In this document: positions 27,341 through 40,175 of the stretch, in pieces
Layout of the letters: each line of letters starts with the position of its first letter
How positions within the stretch are numbered: position 1 is the first letter of the stretch
Assembly: GCA_000708835.1 (NCBI GenBank)
Contig: DF236974.1
Coordinates: 301,208 to 365,207, forward strand
Length of the DNA: 64,000 bases
Reading direction: 5' to 3'
Origin: Klebsormidium nitens
Taxonomy: Eukaryota > Plantae > Klebsormidiophyceae
Notes under the pieces: generated by a model
Told to the model about the DNA's origin: nothing
The model's input: the letters and a program-made list of their open reading frames with translations, nothing else
The model's database searches: none
Made by a program: the position numbers and the translations under genes

Positions 27341-28435
27341 TCAGAGATTGGGATCTGGTACTGTCATGTTACCTCTCCTAGATCTTGCAGGATTTCTTCT
27401 TTCAAGCACAGTGCGCTGCCTCTCGTTCCGACTCTTGACCCGCCATCGAATCCGTAACCTGTCGCTTCGATACACGCAATAAATCGCAAACGTCGGTGCC
27501 GGTCCTAGGACGCTAAGCGCTCCAACTAGCGTGCAGAGAGCAACCTTGATCCCGTCCTCAAAGAACACGAAGTAGATCAAACATAGCGTGAGTCCAACCA
27601 GGTCTATCAAGAAAAAGAGCAGGGCTGCTTCTGGGATCTCGGAGCCCGCTCTCGCCAGTAGCAGCGCTAAGATCTGAGTCACTAAGGAAGGGTCTTGGTA
27701 GAGAAAAACCAGTGTGACCAGCCGCCAAAGAAGTGTGAATACGGCAACGCAATGAAAGCGCCAGACTGCTTCCTTCTCCATCTTGTGGGCTGTGATCGGA
27801 GGAAAGGGTTCTGATGAGAGATTGCAGAAGTACAAGCCCAAAAACGATGGACCTACATAACAGCAGGCGCTGAGCCAGGACAAGTACCCGTCAGACTGAT
27901 AGTAGGACATCAGCGCGATAAACGAGGGCATCAGCACAGAGGAGGCGGCCGCGTGCCAGATGCGGACCACGCGCGCGGTCAGCGCGCTTTTCTTCATATT
28001 TCTCGTGCTCCGAGGGCCCCCTCCGCTAAGCAGGTAAGACAGCCAGAAGAGACAGAAGGCGAACGCGCCGCTGAGAGCCGCTGCCAGCGATTGGGCGATG
28101 CGGAGTGACGTGAGCTCCAAATCCAAGTGCGCGCGCTCCCTGCAAGACTCAACACCACTCAGCAGCCCTCGGAACTGCAGGACGCAAAGCTTCCCAATCA
28201 CGGGCACGCCGGCCGGGTGGTTCGCTCCGGCCTCCAAGATGGCGCACGCGCGCGCTGGAAGGACTAGGTTGAGAAGAAAGACTCCGCGTTCGCTGAAGCC
28301 GCCATGCTCTATGAAGCTTTCCAAAGGGAACCGCGCAAAGATGGAAGCCCGCAGGAGAAGGCAGACCATGCCAACTAGGAATGGAGGCGCACATGCAGCA
28401 AGGCGATAGCGCGTTAGATGCGCCATGGGGGCCAT
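27341..28435 (-). CDS. Intronless multi-pass membrane protein, paralog D
   Basis: ORF from ATG 28435 with GANHPAG, GVESCRER, LIDLVGLTLCLIYFVFFEDG, LGPAPTFAIYCVYR. Confidence 0.8.
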   Translation of the reverse strand: MAPMAHLTRYRLAACAPPFLVGMVCLLLRASIFARFPLESFIEHGGFSERGVFLLNLVLPARACAILEAGANHPAGVPVIGKLCVLQFRGLLSGVESCRERAHLDLELTSLRIAQSLAAALSGAFAFCLFWLSYLLSGGGPRSTRNMKKSALTARVVRIWHAAASSVLMPSFIALMSYYQSDGYLSWLSACCYVGPSFLGLYFCNLSSEPFPPITAHKMEKEAVWRFHCVAVFTLLWRLVTLVFLYQDPSLVTQILALLLARAGSEIPEAALLFFLIDLVGLTLCLIYFVFFEDGIKVALCTLVGALSVLGPAPTFAIYCVYRSDRLRIRWRVKSRNERQRTVLERRNPARSRRGNMTVPDPNL

Positions 28436-29921
28436 GAGCGGACTGAACGCCAAAAACTGGACTAGCTTAGCTCCCAGAGGGGTCGAAGAAGCACCTGTCT
28501 TACTGATGTCTGCCCCCTGTTCAAGTGGCAGAGGTTAAGACTGTTCCAAGGGAGTTTTTACGGCTGCAACGAGCAAAATTTGTCCGGAGGCCAGTATGAA
28601 GTCAGGCAACGTCTGCAGGCTTGCTCGAAACTAACCTTTGACATCAATCTTACTGAAGTCTCATTCCGCGTACGTTGAGACCTTCGCTGCAGTCTTGACA
28701 AATCACTGTACACAACCCCGCGTGGCATCGATTGGTTGGAAAGTTCCACTCGCCGTCGTCATGTGTGACGATCGCAGAACCGGAGTGCAAGATCATACGG
28801 CTACTCCGTGTGACATGCAATATTTATGAATGTGCGCGAGCGAGATCTGCAGCCATCTAGTTGCGTCAATGTACGGCGTAGATATTGCTCAACCGAATCA
28901 TCGATTCATTCAGTACACCTCCGAAATCTTGCACAATAGCCCATTTTGCAGACGGATGAGCTTTGTGACCGGAACTTTTCCCTCCTCTCGTGATCGACTA
29001 GCAGTAAGCGTGGTAAGTAAGGCCTAGCCCCGGAATCAAAGGTTTTGCCTTACTTGCGGATTCAGAGCTGATGAAGAAGATTGGATCTTCTAATGGCAGA
29101 TAGGCTCGTTACTTGATTGCTCATTACTGGGTTGAAAGCACAAGCCTTCAAGAAACGAGGCGTCAAGTACGGCTGGCTGATTTTGAGACACTTCAGAGAC
29201 TGGCGTGTACTGACGGTTTCTGATTCCTGTCTTATGCCAATCCTGTCATACGATGTGCTTGATTTTTCGGGGACTTTGAGCTATCTCTGCGTCTAATGAT
29301 GAGCGGCTTGAATCTGTTGAAACGAAACCAATGCTGTACTTCCTCCGCGGTCCTAAGACTGCAAAATGCTGGTTTGAATGCTTCAAGTGACGGTCTGGGT
29401 CCTGCTCTTCGTTTTATTCGCTATCTTTGGGTACAACTCATGCCTAGACACAACTATGTGCCTAAACGGTTTATGCCCGTTTGCAACACTAAAGCAGCAT
29501 ATATTACTTTAGTACTGCCGCCTATGCAACGCCAAACCTGCGCGTGTGCACCTTCTCTAGAACTCTTGACATCTTTTGACTACACCCAAATGCACTATCA
29601 AATGCACTATCACTAAATGAATGCAATGCTATGCATAACGACGCGAGCCCTGAGCAATCGCATCTTGTACCAACGCAGACCCCCAGTATTAAGGTTCTGC
29701 CACTCTAAATCTCAACTGACTCAAGCGAGCAACGTATCATGCCCTCGGGGCACAGACCAGATCTCGACCATAAATTTACACCTCCCGCAACTACAAAACT
29801 CCGGGTACTCCTGAACCCGTTCAGATGGAGCAGTCCGTCACAGGCTTTGACTGCGGCAGGACTACTCCGGCAAGCAAACACAACACTCGCAGCGGTCACC
29901 GGGGACACTTGGGAACGACTG

Positions 29922-32900
29922 TCAAGGCGTCGTAACTTCAAAGCGGTCCTTACTTATGTCCTGACATTCTCCATCGGTTTCCCCGTCGGTACTGGGGGAT
30001 AATTCAGGTGCCGCAAGGGGCAGATCCTTCAGATCAAAGCTCTGCCTCCGCTCCGACTCGCCCTTGAGACGGGCAAGGCAGACCTGCAAGAGTCGAAACC
30101 GTCTCAATCAATTTCGTACTGGAAAGAACGGGGGACCAGAGGTTAGCGAAGTGAAATGGATTTAGTGACGCGAGATTTAGTAAGATTGTAAGGACGAAAA
30201 GCACCGCTGGTCAAAAGTACCATTCTGGTCAAGACAATGGGGTCAACGGTGGTATTGGCCCCTGGTCCCACTTTGAAAGTGCTACGGAAAAATCTAACGC
30301 AATTCACGAAAGAAATTCCCGAGACCTGTTTGCGACTCTCTTCTGCTCTGCGGGTTGTCCGGCAGCAACCAGCCCTGCATCTGCCCGCTTCGTGTAACTA
30401 TTAACCAACCTGGAAAGCGCCAAACCCGTTTCTAAACGGACTAACGTCTTGATGCCCACCTGTACGGCGTCGTGCGCGCGCACAAAGTGCCGCTCCGGCC
30501 CCAGCAGCTCGAGCAGCCCCCCGCGCGCGAGCGACACCATGACGCGCTTATTGGCGTTGGACAGCACCAGCTGCACGCCCTGCTCGCCAAACTCGGTGTG
30601 AAGGTCCCTTAGCGCGTAGATCGCCGTCGAATCTACATACGTGACCTGCACGGGCAGGTTCGTTCGTTGTGAAAGGGGGAGAATTCAAGAGGGTGGGTGA
30701 ATCTCCCCTCGCGAATGCGAAGGAAAATTCTATGTCCTTTCGCAGACTCGAAAGTGTAAAGTCTGTCAATCGCAGTCATAAGACAAGCGTCTGATCTGGA
30801 AAGAAGGTACATAGACTGGCGCTTCCGAAACACGCCATCAGCAGAGTTTTGGAATCGCGTCTGAACGAAGATTCGCAAGATGATTAAGATTCAAACATCA
30901 GCGCCCACCGAAGCCGAAGCGCCCACCGCGAGCCGCTCCTCACCGGGCTCATGTCGAGAATGACGTAGCGCACGTCTGCCGCGTTCCCCGCGGCCGCCTT
31001 CTGCGCGCCCGGGAGCGGCCAGTCGGCGGCGGCCGCAGCCGCCTCCGGGTCCTGGACGCTGCCCGAGTGAACCAGCACGCTGCGCAGCATGTGCGCGCGC
31101 AGGTGGTCCTTGATGAAGCTGACGTTAGCGTAGTACATGGGGGCGTCGATGCGGATGATCAGAATGCCTGCGGGCGTCCTTCGAAGGAGTCAGATCTTGT
31201 ATAAGCGTCCGAACGGACAGCCCCTACGTCAGTAAAGATCTGGGAGTGTCAAATGGTAAAGCGCCCTAGCGAATGGAGTAATGCTGCGCTTCTACGACAG
31301 TACTTCCAGCGCCGCACATTATATGGAATAAGGAACACGGACCTGGGTTTCAAAGACTTGCATTTTAAGCAGAGGCTCTGATGTCTTTTCCCGTCCCGGA
31401 CCTTCAGAGTGTTTAAAAATGGATCCACGAAGTGGGGGCAAGGAACAGTAACCTGAGAAGCTGTCCCCTAACCGAAAGTTACGCAAATTCTTGTCACACT
31501 CCTCGAGACGGCGTCAGAGATCGGATCCTTCTCTTCACCGTTCACTGTGATTAAAGTATTTGGGCAACGTCAGCCTCCCTTACCAGGATAGGTAATCGCA
31601 TCCGGGTACTGCCTGATGTTCCGGTACACTGCAGTGCCCGGGAGGCGCCCCAGGATCGCCATGTGCGGGTTCGCTGACTCGTAGATGACGAATACCTGTG
31701 CAGGTTAGCCGCGCGTTAACGAAGAAAGGTGGAAAAGCGGAGAGAGTTGAACTCCTCCTGATGCACGGCGGAAGCTGGAATCATCTGGTTTTCCAGGTCA
31801 TGAGCAAGAGTAGTAGGATAAAGTGTTGTCCCAAAGAGACGGGGCAGGAATGATACATCAGTTTGAGATGATTTACTTCTCAAGTAGAGTACACGGAGAG
31901 CAGGCAAGTGTGGCCTTCACAATGAGAACGGACTCTTATCGAAACAAATCAAAATCTCAGCCCTGTCACAAGCCACTGCTGTGACCGACGTGCTTACCAG
32001 GGAGAGTCCGACCGCGATAGCGACCCCGACTTCGATGCCCAGGAAGATCGTCCCAAGGCAGGCCGCTAGCCAAAGCAGAAAGTCGCGGGGGTTGGTTTTG
32101 AACAAGTGGATGGCCTCCTTATGATCGAAGAGCCGGATGCAGGCGGCGATCACAACCGCGCCAAGCACCGCGTTGGGGAGATTTCTGCAGAATGAACACA
32201 TGGCACTTCAGAAGGAGCGGTGGGGTTACAGTGTCGGTGTGGCAGAATAGCGACCGCCCAAATGAAAGAACGAGACAACAATTGCATGGCATCTCATTTC
32301 ACCTCCTTATCAACACGCTGAGCTTGACGAAATCAGGGGTTGGCAGAAGTTCCAGCACAATCGCGGACGACGGCCTCGACTTTTCAGTGGAAGTTGCTCA
32401 CTTGAAAAGAGGCGTGAGGAAGAGCAGCGTGCACAGGATGAGGAGGCCAGTGATGAGGCCCGACATGCAGGTCTTGGCGCCCATCTGCAGACAAACCGTT
32501 CTTCGCAACTTGACACAGGAACTCCAGTAAGCTCTTTGGATCTAAGTAAGACCCTAACCCAGAAGTATACAATTCGCACCTTTAGCCACCCTAACCCCTT
32601 GATTAACCCCACCCGTTCGACTTACTATTCTAGTGTGGGCTTGCTGTTTATTGAGTCTTGAAAGATCGCCGAGATCAGTAGTTCGACGGACTTACGGAAC
32701 GTCAGTCTGATAGAAGTCAGTGGCAGAGAGTTCAGTGATTTCGTGCACTTGTATAAGAAGAGACTACTCGTGATTTTGAAAGATGACGTTAGCACCTTTA
32801 CTGCTCACCTCATTGCTGACCGCGGAGCGCGAGAAGGACCCGGTGGCCGGATATGCCGAGAACACTGAGCCGACCAGGTTTGCGACGCCCAGCCCAAAGA

Positions 32901-35900
32901 GCTCCTGCGTTTTTGAATACATCTGTTATTTGGTGCAATCTATCCTTAGCCAGTCCGTTTGCGAGAATTGTGGGTTGGGACCTCGTCAAGAAATCTTGCA
33001 AAAGGCCAGCATAGGGGTTCACTTTTATTTGCGGCGCTTCTCGCAGTGGTTTTCTGCCATGGAGGCAAAGCTTGACGTAAACCAGGCATGCATTGGATAA
33101 ATGAATCTCTGCAGTCTAAAGGGACATATTTTGAGTGGAAAAGATGAAGGCAAGACTGAGTTGAGAGTATCGGTAACGCACCTGGTTCGTGTTGATCTCG
33201 TAGCCATTTTTGGACGCCAGAGCTTTGGCAATTCCAACCGTCTCCAGGATGCCGACACCTGTCACCATCAGGGACGTCAAAAATAGCTGGCTGAAGTGGC
33301 CGTTTGTCTGGAAGTGGGACGTTGAGGCGGGAGGAAAGCCTTTAGGGATGGGACCGACCGTCGAGATCTGCACAGAGAAAACGGAGCCCTTTTCCCTTGA
33401 GTAACAAAATCAACGGTTGGTTTTGGATTGTTGTGCAAGTCCAATAAGAGAAAGTATTTCTGTCAGATCGACGTATGTCGCTGCACTAGGTTTGCCACAC
33501 CACTAGCGCAGCATACTATTAATAGTCTGATCTGCGCCGCCGATACAAGAAAAGCTCATTATCGGAGACAAAGCCCTCATCGCAATCGTTATTCAAGTGT
33601 GGCTTTTCCGTTCCAGATAGACACAGGACCTCGAGACTTTTGTGCTGCTGACCTTTGAACAGGACTACGTTGAGAGAGCGTGTACGGATAGCAGTAGCGT
33701 CAAGGAAAGCAGCAGTCCATTGACTTTGAGGACTCAGGCTTCAAGATTTTCCATATTGTTCATATCGACGGCTCACCGCTTTCGTCTTGACGAAGCTCAT
33801 AAATACGGTGCCCGCAACCACCGTGATCAGCGGTCCGGCGACGCGGCACCACCGAAGCCGCGGCGATCGGTCGCCTGAGATGAAGAAAAACGTCCAACCA
33901 TCACTTGTCAAACATGTTCCTCCTAAAATGATTTCAGCCCTCTCCATCATTCGGTGCGGCTGGTCAAACGCAAGATGCGGCTGAAGGTTGGAGTACCGGG
34001 GAGCAAAACCTGCGAAAACTTTGGAAACACTACCCATGCCCCTCAACGATCTCAATCAGACGTCTTTGTCAGTACTTGATAGAGGATCGTTCCTGTGGGC
34101 AAAAGCTCCTCAGAGTCACCGCCCTCCAAATTGAGAGTGGACCATAAGGTTCTTCTGTATGAGAACAAGGGCAGGCTTCAACCCTTCGACGGCTCTTCAT
34201 ACCGATTTCTGATCTAGTAAACTCGTGAATCATCCACTTGACGGATCCTTTCCAATCCCGCGGTCCGTCATATGAACCGAGAGGACTTTTGTCACGACGA
34301 TTAACGGATTCCGCAGCAGAGCTTACCCGCGGAGCGCATCCCAACGATAATCCCGAGCATGACGACGCCCATGAGGAAGGGCTCCCACTTGAACTGGTCG
34401 ATTCTAGCGAAGATGGTCTGGACGACCGGCACTAGCTGGTTGCTGCTCGTGATGCTGTAACCCAGGAAATACTTGACCTGCAGTGGAACGAAACTGCCGT
34501 TGGAAAAGCTGCGCAGTGACCTCCCGACCCACCAAAAAACGAAGGAACAACGAAGGAACAACGAAGGATAAATGTCCTTCCAGGCCGCTGACTGTGGCAC
34601 GGAACGACCGCTGCGATCAAGGACGTTCAGGAACTGAGTCCCCATCGGTGCGTTTAAGAAGTACTGCGTGGTGGAGCGCTTGGCTGCGAGCAGACTCCCG
34701 AGTATGCAACATCGTCTCTTTCGGTGCGATGGCCCTAGTGGAACAGCTACTTGAAGCCTTTGCAGAGAAGTCTGCAAAGTGGGCTTATGTTCTTCTACAT
34801 GCACAATCGCTGCCCTATGCAGATTCTGTTTCTTCAGTCAGATGTTGCACTTGTCGTTCTTCGATTTACAAGTCAAGCGGCTTCCAGGACCTGTTCTGAG
34901 AGGTGAACCCGGAAATGGGCGCATTAAGTCCGAGGCTTACCTGAGAAAGGGCGATGGTGGTGGCAGCCCCGGAGGTAAACCCGGAGATGACGCTGTGGCT
35001 GACGAAGCGGATGAGCCAGCCGAGGCGAAGGAGGCCCAAGATACACTCCACGAGGCCGACCTGAAAGGAGACACGCTTTAATTCTCTGTAACGAAGTTCT
35101 AAGAAAGTGTGTTTAAAATACAGGTTTAGTGAAGCGGAGGAGTCGAAGTCTATTCATGAACAGCAAGCAAAGCTGACAACGTCCACGTGCGCACACACGG
35201 GCGTTCACAAGGAGTAGCATCCGCAAAGCACACTATTACTGCTGAGAAACTTCTCGTTTGCCCGCGTGAGTCAGTCCGCGCCCGCCCCTTACAAATTCCT
35301 TTCTTGACATTTTCCACGTTAGTGCGTTGCCAACCTCCATTTTGGGAGTTCTTATCAAGGCATCGCGGCACTCACAAAAAGCGACAGCGTGATGGCGAGG
35401 CCTGTGTACTGCGCCTGCAGGGCGGCCCTGTCCGCGGCGGTCGCCCCCTTGCCGGGCTCCACCATGCTGAGCAGCCCCGAGTGCACCAGCTGGGACACGA
35501 TGGCGACCGGGCCGACTGCCAGCTGGCGGGAGCTGCCGAAAAGGCCGTACACGAAGACGGGCATGAGGCCCGTGTAGAGGCCGTACACGGGGGAGAGGCC
35601 TGCCAGCTTGGCGTACGACATGGCCTGCAAAAAACGCTCCCGCTTATACTTCAATGTAATCAAACAGAGGGAAGCATCAAAGCCGAAGTGCGGTGAAGTG
35701 TGAGGGAGGTCAGCTTACCAGTGAGACACTGACGGGAAGACACAAGAAGAGCTTCGAGAGTGAACATCGGTGAGAATGTGCACGGATCGTTTGGGGCTTG
35801 ACAAGGAGCATGCCTTCGGCGGTGCTAGCTGAAAACTTTTGATGCAGTAGTTTTTGTTCTTGACTTTTGACCTGTTCTGAGAAGCGTCCTGAAACATCCT

Positions 35901-38137
35901 CCTGTGGATTTTCCATCAATCCTGAATGTCATCAGACTTCATGCCTTGAAGGAAAGCGTTCGAATTTACTTCAATTAGAACCACATGCAAGTTTTGTTTT
36001 GATTTATCTGCAGTGAGTATTGAACCATCGGAACAAATTGGATGCGGTTGCGTTACAGAGATCGTTACAGAGAGTGCTTTAAGATCCGATCCCACCTGAG
36101 GAACAAGCATGACCCCCACGGTGATGCCAGCGATGATGTCATCGCGCAGGTGCTTGCGCACGTCATAAGAGGCCAGCCAAGAGAAGCAGGGGAAGAGGTT
36201 GAAAAGGATCCGCTTCAGGTGCCAGTGCCACGGGTAGTTGCCTCCGTCGGGACTGCCAAAGCTCTGTGCAATCTGGTTTAGTGCAAGGTCCTTGTACCTG
36301 CAGGAAGCATAGAAGTCTATAGGCAACCGGACAGATTCTACTGATAGTAGCTTGTTTTTACCGTGTGGCCTTAGAGTTGGACGGGTACAGGAGCCGGCCA
36401 TTGGAGACTAGCAGGAAGAAGGAAGCAGGCTTAAGTTCAAAGTACTGTTTGCGCTTGAGTGGCCCTCACCAGTCGCTGGAGTCGAAAGGCAGTAGGTGCT
36501 GAATACTGAACAGAACAGTGAGTCCTGAAGGAGCGGTGCTGCAACTTTACCGATCAAACATGCGTTCAAGCTGAGTGCATTACCAAGAATGGAGAAGGTG
36601 ACAAGGGCCCTTTGTGGTGCGCATACTCAGGGTAAAATACGTAGATGCTGCTCTTTCTGATCAAATCCCTCACTTCCTGGAGAACTGCCAGTGAACACCC
36701 TGAAAAGTATAGAAGTGAACACCCTGGAAAGTATAGAACCTTACCCCCCGATATGCTCACTGCGTTCTGACAAAAACATTGAGAAAGCCCGCTCCTCAGT
36801 TGTTGATAAGTGGGCAAGCAGCTCAGATTTCTCACTAGATGGTAACAAGCTGGCGACATATGTCTTGTGAAGGCTGGATTCATCTTAACCCACTCCATGG
36901 CCCCCAACACATATGGTCATGGTGCTATGGGAACGAGGTTTGGCTGAGAGCGGGACATTCGAAGACAGGATCGACCCCACAGGGTATCTTTGTCTAACTG
37001 CAAGAGGGCAGGCCAGTGACGATGTCTGTGTGTTGAGTGTATGTAGGTCAGGCTGCTTTATTGTTTTAGTGTAGAAATTGCATGATATGCCACCTTACAG
37101 CAGGCTTTGCGTGCATTGAGGTTGGGCTGTCATGTCTGTGAGCGTGGAAAGCGGCACAATTTGGCGCAGATCAGAAACAATCTTCCACCTCACTTAAAAA
37201 GGCGGCTGTAAAATGAAATTGAGCAGTGATCCTGATTCACAACCAGTTCAACCTGAGCTGGTCTCTTCAAAGACATGGATGTGGTGTGAGTCGATGTGCG
37301 GAAACCACCTTGCGTTACGTTTCCAGGAACCTTTTTGTGAGCAGACACTAAAGTGATGCTTTAGCTTGCTGCAAAAGCAATAGAAATCCTGAGACTGTCA
37401 ATATATAGGCCCACTCTCAGAGGATCCAACTTATGAACAAACCACCACTACAATCTTTGAGGCCTTGTTGAAAAGAAAAGCTTCAGGGATTGTGCTTTGA
37501 ACCCGATGGCAAAAGATATTGAAAGAACTCTATGGATTGTTATCCTGGCTCCCGTCGATATCCACTTCAAGGTGCAGCCTTTGAAAAACAATTTTCCTTA
37601 TGAGCTTAAGAAGAGTGTATTGAATACAAGACCTCTCTTTGATTACCAGCCAGGCAGTCTTTGATCAAACCCCCTAGCAATTACTCACCTTGATGCATTG
37701 GAGGAGATGTTCCTGATCAAGGGCTGCCTCTCTTCGATCTTGTCAACACCGGGAAGCACCGCCAGCACATCCACCTCCCCGACGGTGGTGCGCAATGGAA
37801 GCCTTCCAAGGCGGCTCTCATTAGTCACCCCCTCCCCACACAAGCATGAGCTGAGACCTCGCTGCAGGCGCTCTGCGCTGATTGGTGACCCCACCTCAGA
37901 AGTAGAAAGATCACCTGCGCCCTCAGAGCTGAACAAGCCGCAGTAAGGGGGCCTTCCACCAGGGCTGATCTCAGTGATCCCGATTCCCATCTCAATATCC
38001 CCCTCAAGAGGAACTGGTTCGGGATGTTGCAGAGGCTCCCTGGATTGTGGTGCATTTACAGGAGCTTCCTGAGTTACTGACAGCTCAATAGAGGGATCGG
38101 GAACTGTTCCAGGCGAGGCCTCTGGACGTTGCGCCAT
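29922..38137 (-). CDS. SULTR: SulP/SULTR sulfate transporter with C-terminal STAS domain (SULTR4-like), multi-exon
   Basis: Exons read DIIAGITVGVMLVPQ|AMSYAKLAGLSPVYGLY, GSSRQLAVGPVA, FVSHSVISGFTSGAA, NGYEINTNQ|ELFGLGVANLVGS...PATGSFSRSAV, ESANPHMAILGRLPGT, IRIDAPMYYAN, ILDMSP|VTYVDSTA. Confidence 0.95.
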
Positions 38138-39359
38138 CGCCTAGCTCAGTTGTTCACGCTGAACTTTAGAAAGTAAAGCGGGGCACCTAACGAGCGGCTC
38201 GCAAGTTGTCCGCCGAGAGCTCGTCAATGTGGGTGGTGCTTCAATTTGAAAACACTTTGCCCTGCCCCTATCATAATCCATCAATCTCAAGTGGCTCTGA
38301 TTCTACGAATAGGTATCCCAGATGATAAACCCACAAGGACTGAAAACACCTGCATTAGCCTTACAAGGAGCCTGAAGGCTAAGCAGCAGTGAGGCGCATT
38401 CCACGCGTGAATGTCCCTACAATTATGATTATACCCGTGCACACTTAGGTACTTGCAGCTAAGCTCGCACCTACGGTACCACTTTTGACGGTTGTACTCG
38501 ATCAGTCTGCGTGCACTGTGCAGGCTGAAACACTCACTGTTGCACTGTGCAGAGTCCAGACGTACAGTTCCGGAACTTCTAAGTTAGTCACATGGCCTCA
38601 CTTGGCGAGTTCCGACGATGAGCTGGGGTCACATGGCCGGAAGCTCACATGTGAGTACCGAATCCCAAGTCGACCAATCAGAGCCGCGAACCGCTTTGGG
38701 TACCAGCCGCGTAGGTACCTACCGCGTGTCTGATCACGCAGCAAACTAGAAACGGCAGATGGAAACAATTTCCGTGTTCGTCTACCCTTGAATTTCGACT
38801 GGACGTCGATATTGGCTTGCTTCCTCTTAGGAACACGACTCAGAGTCAAATGCGTTAGTCGGGGGGGCACCAACTGATCGTTGGCATAAAATGAACGGCT
38901 GAGATTCGCCGCAAATAGTGCCTGCCAGAGCGGACGGTTTTGGCGCGCTAAAGGTCAGAGTACCGGCACTTTGACGTTACTTAGGAAGCTTGTACCGTAG
39001 AGGACTTCGCACACGGCACCCCCTAGGCGAGACGGGCAGCGAGTCCGGAAACCAGGGGAAGTTTTACTCCGGCCGGGCGACCACATGATATAACTGCTCA
39101 TAAAACCGCTCGGAAACGACCCACGTTGCATGCTTTAAAAACGAAAATAGTAAAAACTACGTGGTATTGCTGAATAGCAGGCGGCAGTCGACCAGTCTAG
39201 GGAATACTGTGATCAAGGCCAGACTGGTTCCGAAAAAGTGAGGTATAAATTCCCACAAAACTTGAATTGGATCTTCATACTTCGAGCCTCTTCTCTAAAC
39301 TTCAGATCCGAGTGGTAGCCGGCAACGGCAACCCGAGCCAATGCAATGCACCAGGGACC

Positions 39360-39935
39360 ATGCCATCTCAGCAGAGGGTTCCCCCAGCTCTCAACCTAGG
39401 GTTTGATGACCAGAAGAGTTTGCAGACGGGTCGATACATTGTTGATCCTGCCCTGAGTCTGTTCAGCGAAACGCCTGTAGCTAGCAAGTGCGTGTTATGC
39501 AAGCAGCCCCTCCTAATCAAAAGCGCGCAAGACCCGACACACAAAATCACTTTTCGCAAGTTTCACCAGTCCCTTCTTGGATTTGCCATCTCGTCAGCTG
39601 TTAAATGCAAACAGCGCGCGCAGCCCTTGTGTCTTTCTTGCGTACAACGATGGGTTGGCATTGTTCATCTGACTGAGACGTCAGTTACAGTTCAGGAAGA
39701 GCAGGCCACCAGTGAGACGTGGTTCAAGCGTGAGTCGCAGAGCACTCCCTGGAAGCAGGTCAAAGAGCTTACAAGCGGTTACATAGAGTACTTGGCGGTG
39801 CAGGATCATAGTGAGCAGGCAGTCAGTTACAGGCAAGGTAGCCAAATCAGCAGCCGAGAGCGCGCTCAACAGGGGAAAAACTGCTGGAGCGGACGTCAAG
39901 CGCAAGTTGCATGTAAGTCCTTGAAAGTGCAGTGA
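39360..39935 (+). CDS. Intronless orphan ORF with Cys pairs (possible zinc finger)
   Basis: Open frame 39267..39935, first ATG 39360; CVLC...CKQRAQPLCLSC; TATAAA near 39244; no recognisable family. Confidence 0.35.
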   Translation: MPSQQRVPPALNLGFDDQKSLQTGRYIVDPALSLFSETPVASKCVLCKQPLLIKSAQDPTHKITFRKFHQSLLGFAISSAVKCKQRAQPLCLSCVQRWVGIVHLTETSVTVQEEQATSETWFKRESQSTPWKQVKELTSGYIEYLAVQDHSEQAVSYRQGSQISSRERAQQGKNCWSGRQAQVACKSLKVQ

Positions 39936-40065
39936 GGTTCTGGTTTGGCTTTGACCCCTCTGAAACCTAACGCGCCCTGATGATGATGCTCTCAGTTTTG
40001 GATGGCACCCTGGACACCACCACCTCTTGTTTTTTCTTTGTTCAGGTTTTATTGGAATGAAAATT

Positions 40066-40175
40066 CCATGATTGAAAGTGAGGTGCCCAAGGTGCCAAGG
40101 TGCCACGCTGCAATATATTGTGCAGTGCATTTGTGTAGTATATATACTTTACAAGTATAAATAAAAAGGTGCCAG
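40066..40175 (+). repeat. Left imperfect inverted repeat of the KDZ element
   Basis: Shares, in order, CCATGA, TTGAAA, GTGCC, TGTGCAGTGCA, TATATA, CAAGTATA and AGGTGCCAG with the reverse complement of 45937-46044. Confidence 0.7.

Noticed and set aside
24466-36740. Short tandem duplications (~24466-24500, ~29588-29612, ~34540-34568, ~36692-36740)
   Set aside because: Two or three copies of 11-24 bp in introns or intergenic DNA; ordinary slippage
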